DNA from: Magallana gigas
Taxonomy: Eukaryota
Reading direction: 5' to 3'
Length of the DNA: 64,000 bases
NCBI RefSeq assembly: GCF_963853765.1
Contig: NC_088860.1
Location: 868,001 to 932,000 of the forward strand
Positions 34,394 to 48,600 of this stretch are shown one piece after another (the stretch's first letter is position 1; each line of letters begins with the position of its first letter). The notes beneath the pieces are model-generated. The model was not told the DNA's origin and searched no databases. It saw only the letters and a list, made by a program, of their open reading frames with translations. A program made the translations under genes and the position numbers.

Positions 34394-37300
34394 GTAGGTC
34401 CTCTATTGTGGTATTAAATGACTTTTATAAGGACTTTATTGAGGAGCATGACAAGTTTTACCTAGCTTTCAGTTTCTTTGATCTCATGGAATATGACAAG
34501 GCAGCCCTCTCTGTCCAAGACTGTAAGAACAAAAAAACATACTATCTTAACATGTATGGCAGGTACCTGGCTGATGAAAAGAGAAAATTAGACAATGCTC
34601 CGGATTCATTTGGTAAAGTTGTCAGTCAGTTGTTTTGTTAACAGTCATAGACAGTCAATTGATAGATTTTCCCATGTTTCTGTGATTTTATTGAAATTAG
34701 CAGTTTTCTGTCAAAGCTGTATCTAAAATGATACAGGTTATGAACATTAAATGAATGTTCCTTTCTTTCAAGGTCCTCCAGACAAATTAGAGAATGGACA
34801 CCTTAAAACTCTGAAAACAGAACTAGCCAAGAAGTATGCCATCACGGAACTGGATGGATTCTGTATCTATCTGTAAGTTAGTAGCAGTTTCTACTTGTAG
34901 GTAAAAGTATTAAAGGGGCATGGTCACTACTTTTGTCAAATTTTATTTTTCACTTTTTAAGGTAAGGTTTGCAGCTTGCATTTTTTAGGAATAGTACCAA
35001 AGTTATATACCATTTTGTTAAGTGTACTAAAGCCTTTTTTCTTATAAAATTCAAATGATTTTGCCAGACCCATTTTATAGCTACAAAAGGTCAAAGTTCA
35101 TGATTTCAAACTGTCAGGTTGATGAAATGTAAATACTAGTAGTTTTGTGAAAAATGTACGTTTTATATGGAACAAATATGGGTGTTATTTATGCTGAAAA
35201 TGTTCGAAAATAATGTCACTATATTATGATTGATTTGTCGTAATTTCCAATAAACTATTTAAGAAAAAAAGTATGTGTTTTCGTGAATGTTGCAGAATAA
35301 CCTCCGAGGTCGAGAAATGTTTTGAAATATAACAGACGAGACATTGGCCGATGCTTTTATATTTCAAACAACATTTCGAGACCGAGGAACATTCACAATA
35401 ACAAGAACTTTATTTCTGTTCTACTAACAGCCCAGTATTTCTACAGATCATTTCTCCTATGTCAAGGTCCGACATTTTGAGGACTGTTCGGAATCCGTGT
35501 AACCACAACAGTTTTGTTAGTAATGTTACATGTTTATCGATCAAAGGAATCACATGCAGACGACAGAATCTTTCTTTGGATTTTTAATACTCTTCACTTA
35601 TTTGTAAAATATTTGCGAATCACATGCCTAATTTTTATAGGGCAATTATTACTACTTCACGTTATATATTTTATGTAAAAACATGCAGTGAAAATGTGCT
35701 AGGGAGGTCCTAGGAACAGCTGCATTGGTCCCTTAAAAATAAACATTTGAGGCAAAACACATCATTTTGACTGGAATTAACACGTGAAATCGACGCAGTT
35801 TTAAAACTTTTTACGGTTTGAAGTTGTACTCTCATGGTCAGTGCGAGACAAATAGGTATTACTGATCTGATAATTTACTGATGACGTTCATGGTATATTG
35901 GAGAATAATGTCCGCGACATCTCTTTGATCTCGGCAAAAACTTTAGTAGAATAAAAATTAAGTAGAATTATCTTAGTATATGTGCAATCTAGTGTTTCTA
36001 AAACACTATTGAAAACCATATGTTGCGAACTTCATTTTTGTGTAAATCGATAAAATGCATGTTTCTTTTTGATTTTTCAATGTAAACTAGAAACCCCGTG
36101 AAATAAAAAAAACTGAAATCAAATATAATGTCATATAAATTTTTACGTCATATTGGAAATATTAAAGGGTAATTGGTGTTACATCAAAATGAAAATCTGA
36201 GAGTTATCTCCCTGTAAAAATGCTTTAGTAATGCATTTCTAATGTTCAACCAAAATTTGAGTGAGAGTCATTGAGTTATAAGCGAGTTACAGATATCACA
36301 ATTCTTTGTTATGTACAGTTATAAGTAATGATGTGATGATGTAAGTTATTTTTGAAGCTGGTTTTTATATCTGCTGATTCTTTTTTAACATTTTGAACAA
36401 ACATTTCCTCTGTTTGTCGCATTCATTGAAGGTCGAAATCTGGAATTTTTTTTCAGCATTAAGATGTAAACAATGACATTACCTGAGCTTTGTTTACATA
36501 ACAATGAATTGTGGGCTCTGTATCTCGCTTACAACTTAACGACCGACATTCATGTGTTGGTTACTTTTAGAAATGCCTAACAGAATCATTGTAAACATAA
36601 AAAAAACAGGAAAATAAATTTTGCCCCAAACCGTAACCATGCTCCTTTTAATTTGTGAGACAGATCACTCGGTGACAGTTGTCTGAACGTAAGTCAATAT
36701 AAAGTAGCTATCAAAAACAAAATCTTTATAAATTGAAAATGATGATTTTTCTATTAATTCTGTATGGAATTTTATTTTGCAGGTACGGTGTGGTGTTGAA
36801 AAAGCTGGATTTACTGAAAGAAGCTATAGAAGTGTTTGTTGATGCGGTGAACTCTGAACCACTGCACTAGGGGGCGTGGTTAGAACTAGTGACCCTCATC
36901 AAAGACAAAGAGTCTGTGAGTTATCTCCCTTATATTGGTTAGAACTAGTGACGCTCATCAAAGACAAGGAGTCATTGAGTTATCTCCCTTATACTGGTTA
37001 GGACTAGTGACTCACCAAAGACAAGAAGTCAGTGAGTTATCTCCCTTATATTGGTTAGGACCAGTGACACTCATCAAAGACAAGGAGTCTGTGAGTTATC
37101 TCCCTTATATTGGTGTGAACTAGTGACACTCATCAAAAACATGGAGTCTGTGAGTTATCTCCCTTATATTGGTTAGAACAAGTGACCCTCATCAAAGACA
37201 AGGAGTCTGTGAGTTATCTCTCTTTTATTAATAAACTGATTTGATTAGATCTCAATTCCACACAGAAAATAATTTTTTACAATCTTTTAACTAACTACAG

Positions 37301-37737
37301 TAAATTGATTTAAGCAATCTTTAATACATTGATACCATTACTGAATACATGCATAACAAACCGTCAGATGCCTTGATTCTTTTGTAGCTGATATGTTACC
37401 ATCTCTTTTAACTACAGTAGTTTGATTTTAAGCAATCTTAAACACAGTAATACATAAACTGAATTCAATTAACTGAAAATAAATATCTACACAAATTTTA
37501 ACTGCCTTGATACTGTTAAAGCTGCTGGCACTTTCCCTCCCCAATCACTGGATGAAGCATTTCTTTCAGGGTCACATTTACCTGGAACTGCAGTTGAATG
37601 AGGAGGGACTCAAGATTTACCAACACTTGATGGATAAAGGGTTCGTCAAGAGTTCCTACATTGTGTCACAGGTCGCCATGGCTTACAACAACATGAGAGG
37701 TAGGTCCTCTGGTGTACGAGGTGCTTTGATAGACATC

Positions 37738-38466
37738 GGTATTGGTCTTGATTTGTGTCAGGTGATTTAATAGACTTGGTATTGGTCTTGATTTGTGTCA
37801 GGTGATTTAATAGACTCAGTATTGGTCTTGATTTGGTTCAGGTGATTTGATAGGCTGAATGTTGGTCTTGATTTGAGCCAGGTGATTTGATAGGCTGAGT
37901 GTTGGTCTTGATTTGAGCCAGGTGATTTGATATGCTGAATGTTGGTCTTGATTTGTGTCAGGTGATTTAATAGACTCGGTATTGGTCTTGTTTTGTGCCA
38001 GGTGATTTGATAGGCTGAATGTTGATCCGGTATTGGTCTTGATATGTCAGGTGAATTGATAGACTCGGTATTGGCCTTGATTTGGTTCAGGTGATTTGAT
38101 AGGCTGAATGTTGGTCTTGATTTGGTTCAGGTGATTTGATAGGTTGAGTGTTTGTCTTGATTTGGTTCAGGTGATTTGATAGGCTGAATGTTGGTCTTGA
38201 TTTGAGCCAGGTGATTTGATAGGCTGAGTGTTGGTCTTGATTTGGTTCAGGTGATTTGATAGGTTGAGTGTTTGTCTTGATTTGGTTCAGGTGATTTGAT
38301 AGGCTGAATGTTGGTCTTGATTTGAGCCAGGTGATTTGATAGGCTGATTGTTGATCTTGATTTGGTTCAAGTGATTTGATAAACTGAGTATTGTTCTTGA
38401 TTTGGTTCAGGTGATTTGATAGACTCAGTATTGGTCTTGATTTGTGCCAGGTGATTTGATAGGCTG
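37738..38466. repeat. 40-bp minisatellite, about 18 copies (about 2 copies in unit A, about 20 in unit C)
   Basis: Unit GGTATTGGTCTTGATTTGTGTCAGGTGATTTAATAGACTC and variants, between exon 6 and the cGLR 3' end. Confidence 0.9.
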
Positions 38467-38817
38467 AGAGGAGATATAGGCCTAGGGCATTATAATTTGA
38501 TATATATTGTATCTTTAAATTGCAATCAAGGAGAGCACTTTGAGATTTCTAGTAATAAATTAGCAAATCCTTGATATTAAGATTATAAATTATCATAATA
38601 ATTCCAACCCTGGCAGAAAAAAAACTATCCTTTTGTAACAATTTACGGATGAATGCAAAAAATGTACAATTGTACAGTAAGGAGTGTCATTGTGTACGTA
38701 TTTGAATTTTTTTCCTTATATATTACTACAGTAGAACTAATTAAAAAAGTTAGTGTAAATGTTGTTTTTGTTGATGACTTCTCAATCTTGGTCTAATATT
38801 CCACCATACTGGTTTAT

Positions 38818-40988
38818 TTACTGGTGTGGTGTAGACTGAACCATATCATGTATTCTCCTCTGTGTAGCAGTTTGTATTCTGTTCATTGGATGCTGTGTGA
38901 GTGACTGTTGGTATGAGTATAGAGCAGCCTGGAGGTTCCCTGTGATCTGTTGACAGATCCCCAGGATCTCCCAGGAGATGTCTCTGAATAGATCATATAT
39001 ATACATTCCCTGATCATGGTGGACTAGGACCTGTAGCTCATCTACAGCTGCTTGTGATAATGTCATATCAATGTGTCTGTGACACAAGAACTCTAGGAAG
39101 TGTAACATTACAAACACTGGGATACCTAATGTAAGCATTCTGTTCTGTAGTACAGACTGTTGTTCTGGTATTAGTTCACTGATATAACAGATTCTGTTGT
39201 CAAGTCTGATATCCTGTGCTACAGCCTGTCTCATCTTTGTAGACCAGGACTGTCCCCCTACAGCCTCAGTATACCTCTCTCTGTCCACATGTTTATTATA
39301 CATCAGATATGGTTGTGCTAACTTGACCTTTGTCATCTCTATAACAAATAAAGCTTCCCTGTATCTGAGTGTCTTGTAATAATACATGGCAATGTACAAC
39401 ATGTCAGATACACACCCAAACTTGGCTGCTAATTTCAGCATGTGACAGGACAGTTTGTCTGCAATATACATCTGTTTGTTGACACATATGTTGTGCAATG
39501 TAAAGGCAGTAATCTGAAATATGAAGGCTGTAAGTCTCTGTAATGTAACAGCTTGATAGTGTGTCAGGGGTGACTCTACCAACTGTTCTATTATGTGTAT
39601 GTATTTGTTAGGGCTATTTGTCCTACTTGCAGCAATGTAAGAGGACTCATTAACAAGTTCTACATCATAATCAACTTCACTCCTCATTAATCTCTCATTT
39701 GTGCAAATAAAAAGTCTAGGATTGTACAGGACATTAATGATGAAGGACCTGATAGAGGAACTCTGTAACAGACAGGCCAGACCTTTCTTGTACAGTTCAT
39801 GTAACTGTAGGAACAATCTGTTTTGTGCTGATCCATAGACCTTTGTCAGAAACAGGTTGTTTAGTGGGATGAAAAAGTTCGGACAAACTCCCTCAGACAC
39901 CCATTTAAGTAGGAGTTTAAAGCAGACCCAGAAACCGGCCAGGAGATTTTGTGGACACCAGTGAGGTAGTGTGTTTTGTTGAATCGCCCAGAAAACGGTT
40001 GTCTTCATGTGATAGGAACACAACAGTTTATTGGTTTCTTCTAACTGATAATTTATTACTTCCTTTAGGAAAAGTTTTAACAACCCATATGTTAAAAATT
40101 GACTGTGGTTCATTGAATACACAAGTTTATATTCTGCCAGAGAAAAAGAAATTCTCCACGCTATGTTTTCATTTGGTCCTAATGGGTGTCCTATTGCTAC
40201 AAAATGACACCCATTTCTGACAATATCATGAACAACTTCAGGATCAGGCCATGAGTGACATCTATCTATCCATGAGGAGGCAGACAGAGGCCAAAAGTCA
40301 CAAACAAAACAGTGGGCATGGTCATATTCTAATCCCCCCATATTACCACTACCACAGGGTCCATGGACAGTAGAATTAGGCATTGTTGCTGAACAAGTTA
40401 ACTGTCTCCATATAGAACTAGATATATAGACTCTGCCATTCATTCTGACACATGCTGATTGGACTTCTCTGTATGTCGTTGGTGTCAGTAACTGAAGTAA
40501 AGTGAATCCTGGTGGACTCTCAGAACTATCAGAGAGAATCAAGGTTGTATTGGCTGTGTTGTAATACTCAGACTGAGACATGTCCATGATCACTCGGTGG
40601 TCGTTTGGCCAGAACATGATGTCCCTATCTGATCCCTTCAGTCTAAATCCTTCTCTAATACTTCCACTCACCATCTTAATGACCTCATCATTAGGTGCCA
40701 CTTGTCTCCTCACCATCTCCCTGATGTCCACTGTCTCCCTCCTGATAGCCACCTGTTGTGAGGTCCCCACTATCTCACACAGTCCCACAAACACTGACTC
40801 TGACATGTTCTGGAGTCCCTCATATCTATATTATTGTTATTTTTGGAAATATATACTTCTATCATTTTTATTCTTAATCAATTATTCCATTAACAAAATT
40901 GAAAACATTATTATAGTTTATATAATAATAAAAAGAGGATACTGATGAATGTATGATGTACTTACGTTTCGTGAGGAAAGGACTCCAT
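38818..40988 (-). CDS. cGAS-like receptor (cGLR), copy B, apparently chimeric
   Basis: 662-aa ORF 38818..40806 with [18 protein letters not shown] and LEYD. Same 23-bp first exon complement(40966..40988), acceptor with exon 2 starting at 40825. Confidence 0.92.
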
Positions 40989-43330
40989 ATTAATTATAAG
41001 GAAGTCAAACAACTGTGGAAATATTTTTTTCTTTTTTTAAGTGCTGGGGTTTTTTTTGGGGGGGGGGGGGTGTACTTTCATTTTGTGTCATTTTCCTCTT
41101 AAGTCTTATATCTTAAAGATCAATAATTTTTATAAACATGGTCCTCAAGTATAAACTCTTTAAAATACTGTGTGTTTGCCTTGTTTAAAGTTTAATTACA
41201 TAGATGGGAATATTTTTTGTACAAACTTCTGGGAAAAAAAGCAGACCAAAAAAAATTTGCTAGCAAGTAGATTTTTTAAAAAAAAAAATTACGATTAAAA
41301 CGGATTGAAAATATTTTTAGTCAGGTTCTTTTTGGCACAAAGGCAATTAAGTTATTTTTACTGTGCAAATTTTTGAATTGATTGATCAATGCAGTTATAA
41401 TATTTGTACTGAAAAAGAAATAATATCAACAGAAAAAGATTAATTTATGCCATGGAAAGAACTAAGTTTTATTCGTTTAGAATGTAATTAATTTGGATGT
41501 TTACCCTTTATAATTTTTTTTCTGTATGATATGATTGTGACAGCCATTTTCTGTAAAATTGACCAGGAGGAAAACTCCCATTAAAAGAAAATATTAATAG
41601 TATATTTATAGAGTTTAAAGATATTCACTGTACAACACAATTTAGACATTTTTGTATTGTGCAATAACAATACAATGTAGTTAATTTAGTGAAGGTAGTG
41701 AGCTATTTTAGCATCACAAAATTATACTCTGTCCAGAGTTTTTGCTTCCACCACTTTTCGCTTGATATTTCGATAATAATAAATACCTTTGTGCCCAAAC
41801 TACATTCATCCACTAATATCAAAAATGTCCAGATTATCTGTTTTGAAACGCCCCCTCTACCACTTCAGGTTTCAATACACATTCCAAAATAGAAAGTCTA
41901 CGGAGATTTTGCATTGCATCTGCCATTTATAAGCCCGGATGATAACGTTTAAAAATTGCGCGAGGTGTCCCAAGTACTTCCGCTGGTTTATTATCCCCTC
42001 GCACAACAAAAAGATGTAAACATTTCCCATTTTAAATCTCCATAAGAATTTTGTTTTTGTTCCTAAAAACTTTTATGAGTAAAATTGAATAATTTGTCAA
42101 TGAAGATATCATGAATATTTACCTTTTCATCAATTTCAACTGTACTTCTTTCACAGGTAATTGTATTTTTATTAAAAATCATCAAAAAATGATGGAAGCA
42201 ATAACTTGGGACAGACTTTAATTAATTTCCATCAAGTCAGCGATATTGCTCCAAAAGTTATTCCCCTTGGACTCAATTTCAAAAATTTCAACTATTTGCA
42301 GATTCCATTCATTTTCTTCAATAAAATCTTTAAGGGAGGGAGGCATAAGTGTTTCACAAACATCTCTTGTAATCAGTACACTTTCCTTCAAGTCTGCAAT
42401 ATTGCTCCTGGGCCTCACGTAAGGGGTTGGTTAGGATGGAAGAAGGAATAACTTGAGAAGTCCTTTGTGTATTTCTAATTAGTTGTTAACAAATTTAAGT
42501 GGATATTAAACAATGCATTTTCAAATATACCTGTAATAATTACCTGTAGTGTTTTATGTATTTTCACCTTTGTTTGTTGACAGAGGTAGATATGGCAGTC
42601 AACGCCTTCACTGAGCTGACAGAGATGGACCCCTACAGACTGGAGAATATGGACTACTTCTCCAATACTCTCTACATCAAGGTCAGAAGATGCCAAGTCT
42701 TGTCCATCAGATTAACCCTTTTTGATTATCAAGTGTTGAAGATCTTTGTAATTTTTTTTTCTAGGAAATGCGGGCTGATTTAGCTCACCTGGCTCACAGG
42801 TGTTGTGACATTGACAAATACAGAGAGGAGACCTGTGTAGTTATAGGTAAAGCCTGCTACATGAGCATTCAATGTTATTTAAAGAGATTGGTTATATTCA
42901 AGGACTCATTTTAAGATATTTTATTTGAACATAAGTGTCAGTTTTCACATTATGATAGATTCTAAAGCCATTGCTCGGTGGCATATGACTATGAGAGTTA
43001 TTTAGAGTTATTAAGTACCTAGACCCATTCTGTCTAAAATATAAATAGGAACATGCATATCTGCATCTTAAAATATAAAGCAATGATGTCTTCTTACTTT
43101 TAGAATCTGCCCTCGGGGATTAGCTATATACTGCTTAGCTGTCAGCTCTTGGCATTTTTTTATGAAAGGAGTTTTCTATATCAGGTAATTACTACTCTCT
43201 GCGGCAGCAGCATGAGAAGGCAGTGCTGTATTTCCAGAGAGCCCTGAAGCTGAACCCCCAGTACCTGTCCGCCTGGACTCTGATGGGGCACGAGTTCATG
43301 GAGCTGAAGAATACGACAGCCGCCATTCAA

Positions 43331-45660
43331 GCCTACAGACAAGCTATAGGTTAGTGAGGCCTTAAGACAGGCTATAGGTTAGTGAGGTTTACAGACAGGC
43401 TATGGGTTAGTGAGGTCTACAGACAGGCTATAGGTTAGTGAGGTCTACAGAGAGGCTATGGGTTAGTGAGGTCTACAGACAGGCTATAGGTTAGTGAGGT
43501 CTACAGACAGGCTATGGGTAAGTGAGGTCTACAGACAGGCTATAGGTGAGTGAGGTTTACAGACAGGCATGGGTTAGTTAGGTCTACAGACAGGCTATAG
43601 GTTAGTGAGGTCTACAGACAGGCTATAGGTTAGTGAGGTCTACAGACAGGCTATGGGTAAGTGAGGTCTACAGACAGGATATAGGTGAGTGAGGTCTACA
43701 GACAGGCTATAGGTGAGTGAGGTCTACAGACAGGCTATAGGTTAGTGAAGTATACAAACAGGCTATGGGTTAGTGAGGTCTACAGACAGGCTATAGGTTA
43801 GTGAGGCCTACAGACAGGCTATAGGTTAGTTAGGTGTACAGACAGGCTATGGGTTAATTAGGTCAACAGACAGGCTATAAGTTAGTGAGGTCTACAGACA
43901 GGCTATGGGTTAGTGAGGTCTACAGACAGGCTATTGGTTAGTGAGGTCTACACACAGGCTATTGGTTAGTGAGGTCCTCAGACAGGCTATAGGTTAGTGA
44001 GGTCTACAGACAGGCTATAGGTTAGTGAAGTCTACAGACAGGCTATTGGTTAGTGAGGTCTACAGACAAGCTATAGGTTAGTGAGGACTACAGACAGGCT
44101 AAAGGTTAGTGAGGTCTACAGACAGGCTATAGGTTAGTGAGGTCTACAGACAGGCTATAGGTAAGTGAGGTCTACAGACAGGCTATAGGTGAGTGAGGTC
44201 TACAGACAGGCTATATGTTAGTGAAGTATACAGACAGGCTATGGGTTAGTGAGGTCTACACACAGGCTATAGGTTAGTGAAATCTACAGACAGGCTATAG
44301 GTTAGTGAGGTCTACAGACAGGCTTGGGTTAGTGAGGTCTACAGACAAGCTATAGGTTAGTGAGGTCTACAGACAGGCTACAGGTTAGTGAGGTCTAGAG
44401 ACAGGCTATGGGTTAGTTAGGTCTACAGACAGGCTATAGGTTAGTGAAGTATACAGAAAGGCTATTGGTTAGTGAGGCCTACAGACAGGCAATAGGTTAG
44501 TGAAGTCTACAGACAGGCTATAGGTTAATGAGGTCTACAGACGGGATATGGGTTAGTGAGGTCTACAGACAGGCTATAGGTTAGTGAGGTATACAGACAG
44601 GCTATAGGTTAGTGAGGTTTACAGACAGGCTATAGGTTAGTGAGGTCTACAGACAGGCTATAGGTGAGTGAGGTCTACAGACAGGCTATAGGTTAGTGAA
44701 GTCTACAGACAGGCTATAGGTTAGTGAAGTATACAGACAGGCTATGGGTTAGTGAGGTCTACAGACAGGCTATAGGTTAGTGAGGCCTACAGACAGGCTA
44801 TAGGTTAGTTAGGTGTACAGACAGGCTATGGGTTAGTGAGGTCTACTGACAGGCTATGGGTTAGTTAGGTCTACAGACAGGCTATAAGTTAGTGAGGTCT
44901 ACAGACAGGCTATGGGTTAGTGAGGTCTACAGACAGCCTTTTGGTTAGTGAGGTCTACACACAGGCTATTGGTTAGTGAGGTCCTCAGACAGGCTATAGG
45001 TTAGTGAGGTCTACAGACAGGCTATAGGTTAGTGAAGTCTACAGACAGGTTATTGGTTAGTGAGGTCTACAGACAGGCTATTGGTTAGTGAGGTCTACAG
45101 ACAAGCTGTATGTTAGTGAGGTCTACAGACAGGCTATAGGTTAGTGAGGTCTACAGACAGGCTATAGGTAAGTGAGGTCTACAGACAGGCTATAGGTGAG
45201 TGAGGTCTACAGACAGGCTATTGGTTAGTGAGGTATACAGACAGGCTATGGGTTATTGAGGTCTACAGACAGGCTATAGGTTAGTGAAATCTACAGACAG
45301 ACTATAGGTTAGTGAGGTCTACACACAGGCTATAGGTTAGTGAGGTATACAGACAGGCTATGGTTTATTGAGGTCTACAGACAGGCTATAGGTTAGTGAA
45401 ATCTACAGACAGGCTATAGGTTAGTGAGGTCTACAGACAGGCTTGGGTTAGTGAGGTCTACAGACAAGCTATAGGTTAGAGAGGTCTACAGACAGGCTAC
45501 AGGTTAGTGAGGTCTACAGACAGGCTATAGGTAAGTGAAGTCTCGTACAGGCTGTAGGTTAGTGAAGTATACAGATAGGCTATTGGTTAGTGAGATCTAC
45601 AGACAGGCTATCGGTTAGTGAGGTGTACAGACAGGCTATAGGTTAGTGAGGTCTTCAGAC
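43331..45660 (+). repeat. 28-bp exon 9/donor minisatellite expanded to about 83 copies in unit B
   Basis: Same unit as 27050-27660. Confidence 0.93.
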
Positions 45661-48600
45661 ATACTTTTAGGTAAGTAACATGCCTATTGACAGGATAAAT
45701 GTTAATGAGGTTTACAAACAGGCTTTAAGTTTGTTTACGATTTTTAGGTAATAGGATAGGAAGGATAAGTTATCAGATAGGTAGACAATAGGGATGAATT
45801 GGTTTTCAATCAGGCAAGTTGCAATCTTAATTTAAAAACTCAATGCAATAGGCAACACTCATATTTCTTTTTTGGCCTCTCATTAGAGTAATGAGAGCAT
45901 TAGATAGAAAAAATCAATCCTAAAGCACGGATTTAGGCTACCACTATACATATACTTTTTTTCAGAAATCAACATACGAGATTACCGAGCCTGGTATGGT
46001 CTGGGACAGACGTATGAGATCCTTAAAATGCCATTCTATTGTTTATATTACTACAGACAGGCCCAGAAATTAAGGTAGTTGTTTAAATCTTATGATGTTG
46101 TTCTATTGTTTGTATTACTACAGACAGGCCGAGAAATTAAGGTAGATGTTTAAATCTTATGATGCTGTTCTATTGTTTGTATAACTACAGACAGGCCAAA
46201 AAGTTAAGGTTACCATAGATACTTGATTCTAAAAATGTAGATCTGATATATATTATTGTAACCGAATATATTTCCACAAGTAAGGAGGCTTGATAGTTAA
46301 AAAACACATTTACCTTAAAATTTCAATTATTTAGATAAAAAATATAAATATTTTGGTTTTGAAATCAGGGCATTATGTTATTGCAGAGCTTTTAGTCTTA
46401 AGGATATCAATAAAGTCAAAATAGTTGATGTAAATTTGGACTCAAAGTCTTGGAGCAATAAAATACTGTATGAATTATTTTGACATGTAAAAGACATCTT
46501 TTAAAACATCTGTAAGTTTTTGTTCTACAACATACAACATACTTCAAATATACAGATTAAGTTGATTGTAATTTTCAAATTCAATTTTATTCTGACAAAA
46601 ATAAGTGATCAAAATCACTTAAGGTCTTGCACTTCTTACAGTTCTTGCAGTTCTTACACATCTCCAGTTCTAAAGCAGTAGTACGTGGATTTTATTATGA
46701 TTGTTAAGACCTCATTCCCTCGTTTTCTGATTGGTTTTCTTAGGCCAAACGACTCAAGAATGGCCATGGCACTTGGGGAATCTTATGAGAAACTAGAACG
46801 ACTGCAGGAGGCCAAGAAATGCTTCTGGAAGGCCCATGTAGTGGGAGATATGGAAGGAATGGCCCTGATTAAACTCGCAAAGTAAGACACAAGGTCTATT
46901 TAGAATTGGTTTTAATATGTTAAGGGTCTATTAAGATAATGTACAGTGTCTAGTTATCTGTTACGTGAGGTTTTATTGACACATTATAATGTACATTTAC
47001 TGTCTGTTTCAGCTTACATAAAGTCTTTTGACACAGTAAATGTACAGTTACTGTTTGTTTCAGGTTACACCAGGTCTATTGACACAGTAAAATGTACAGT
47101 AACTATCTGTTTCAGGTTACACGAGGTCTATTGACACAGTAAAATGTACAGTAACTATCTGTTTCAGGTTACACGAGGTCTATTGACACAGTAAAATGTA
47201 CAGTAACTATCTGTTTCAGGTTACACGAGGTCTATTGACACAGTAAAATGTACAGTAACTATCTGTTTCAGGTTACACGAGGTCTATTGACACAGTAAAA
47301 TGTACAGTAATTATCTGTTTCAGGTTACACAAGGTCTATTGACACAGTAAAATGTACAGTAACTATCTGTTTCAGGTTACACGAGGTCTGTTGACACAGT
47401 ATAATGTACAGTAACTATCTGTTTTAGGTTACACGAGGTCTGTTGACACAGTATAATGTACAGTAACTATCTGTTTGAGGTTACACAAGGTTTATAGACA
47501 CAGCATAGTGTACAGTAACTTTCCTTTTGGTTATATAAATTCTATTGACACAGTATAACATACAGTAATTTTCTGTTTCAGGTTACATGAGCGCCTAAAT
47601 GAGGAGGACCAAGCAGCCTCAGCATACACCGAGTACATCAACGAGGCCAACAGAATGGGGGTCAGTAGATCACAGCAAGATCAAAGGTCACATTTGTGTG
47701 AAGTGTTTGTGATGTTGACCTACATTTTGTACAGTTAGATTTGTTCAAACTGTGTTCCTAACAGAGACTGATATTTTGCCACATTATAAAAAACACATAT
47801 AGAGATATGAGGTTATATAGATCTGACATATTACACGAAACTGGAATGGTATATATATATATCTCTTACATCGTATGTAGGTTTGACATATTATATGATC
47901 TGTTTTAAAGGTATAACATGTTATTTATATGGTTCTGATAATTGAAATACAGATCTATCATGTTAAAAATAAATATGAGTTCTATAGATCTTATATGTTA
48001 TTTAGGTATGTTAGATAGGGTTATTATATAGATCTGTTATATAGACACACTGTTAATTTACAGACCTTTAATGCTGAGTATGAGCATCAAGTTTACAAGT
48101 ACTTAACTACTATATACTGTAGATAGGACATGTTATATAGACATGTTATATAATTATGCATGTTACATAGATATGTTGTATATAGACCCACTGATTTTTT
48201 ACAGACGTTCAGTGCAGAGGATCAGAGTCAAGCCTACAAGTACCTGGCTAACTATCACCTGTTGAGGAACAACCTAGATGATGCTTACGCTGCCGCCCAG
48301 AAGTGTACAGAGTTCCCCGAGGTTAGAGTCCGAGTTTGTCTCATTACACCGCATCATTGGAAATTCTCATTGATTTTAATTCTGTCTAATTACATCTTAT
48401 TCATTTGATAATCCCAAAACACTTTCATATCGAATTATCTAGACATTCCTAATCAACATCCTCCAGTTCTTATTTTTTCTCTAGATACTTTAGTATTCTG
48501 TAATGCTATAATATACAGTGTTATTTATGCTATCGATATTTACTTATCCAATTGACCAAAGTAAAGATTAGGCTCTCTTTTGACATAAATTTACAATTAG

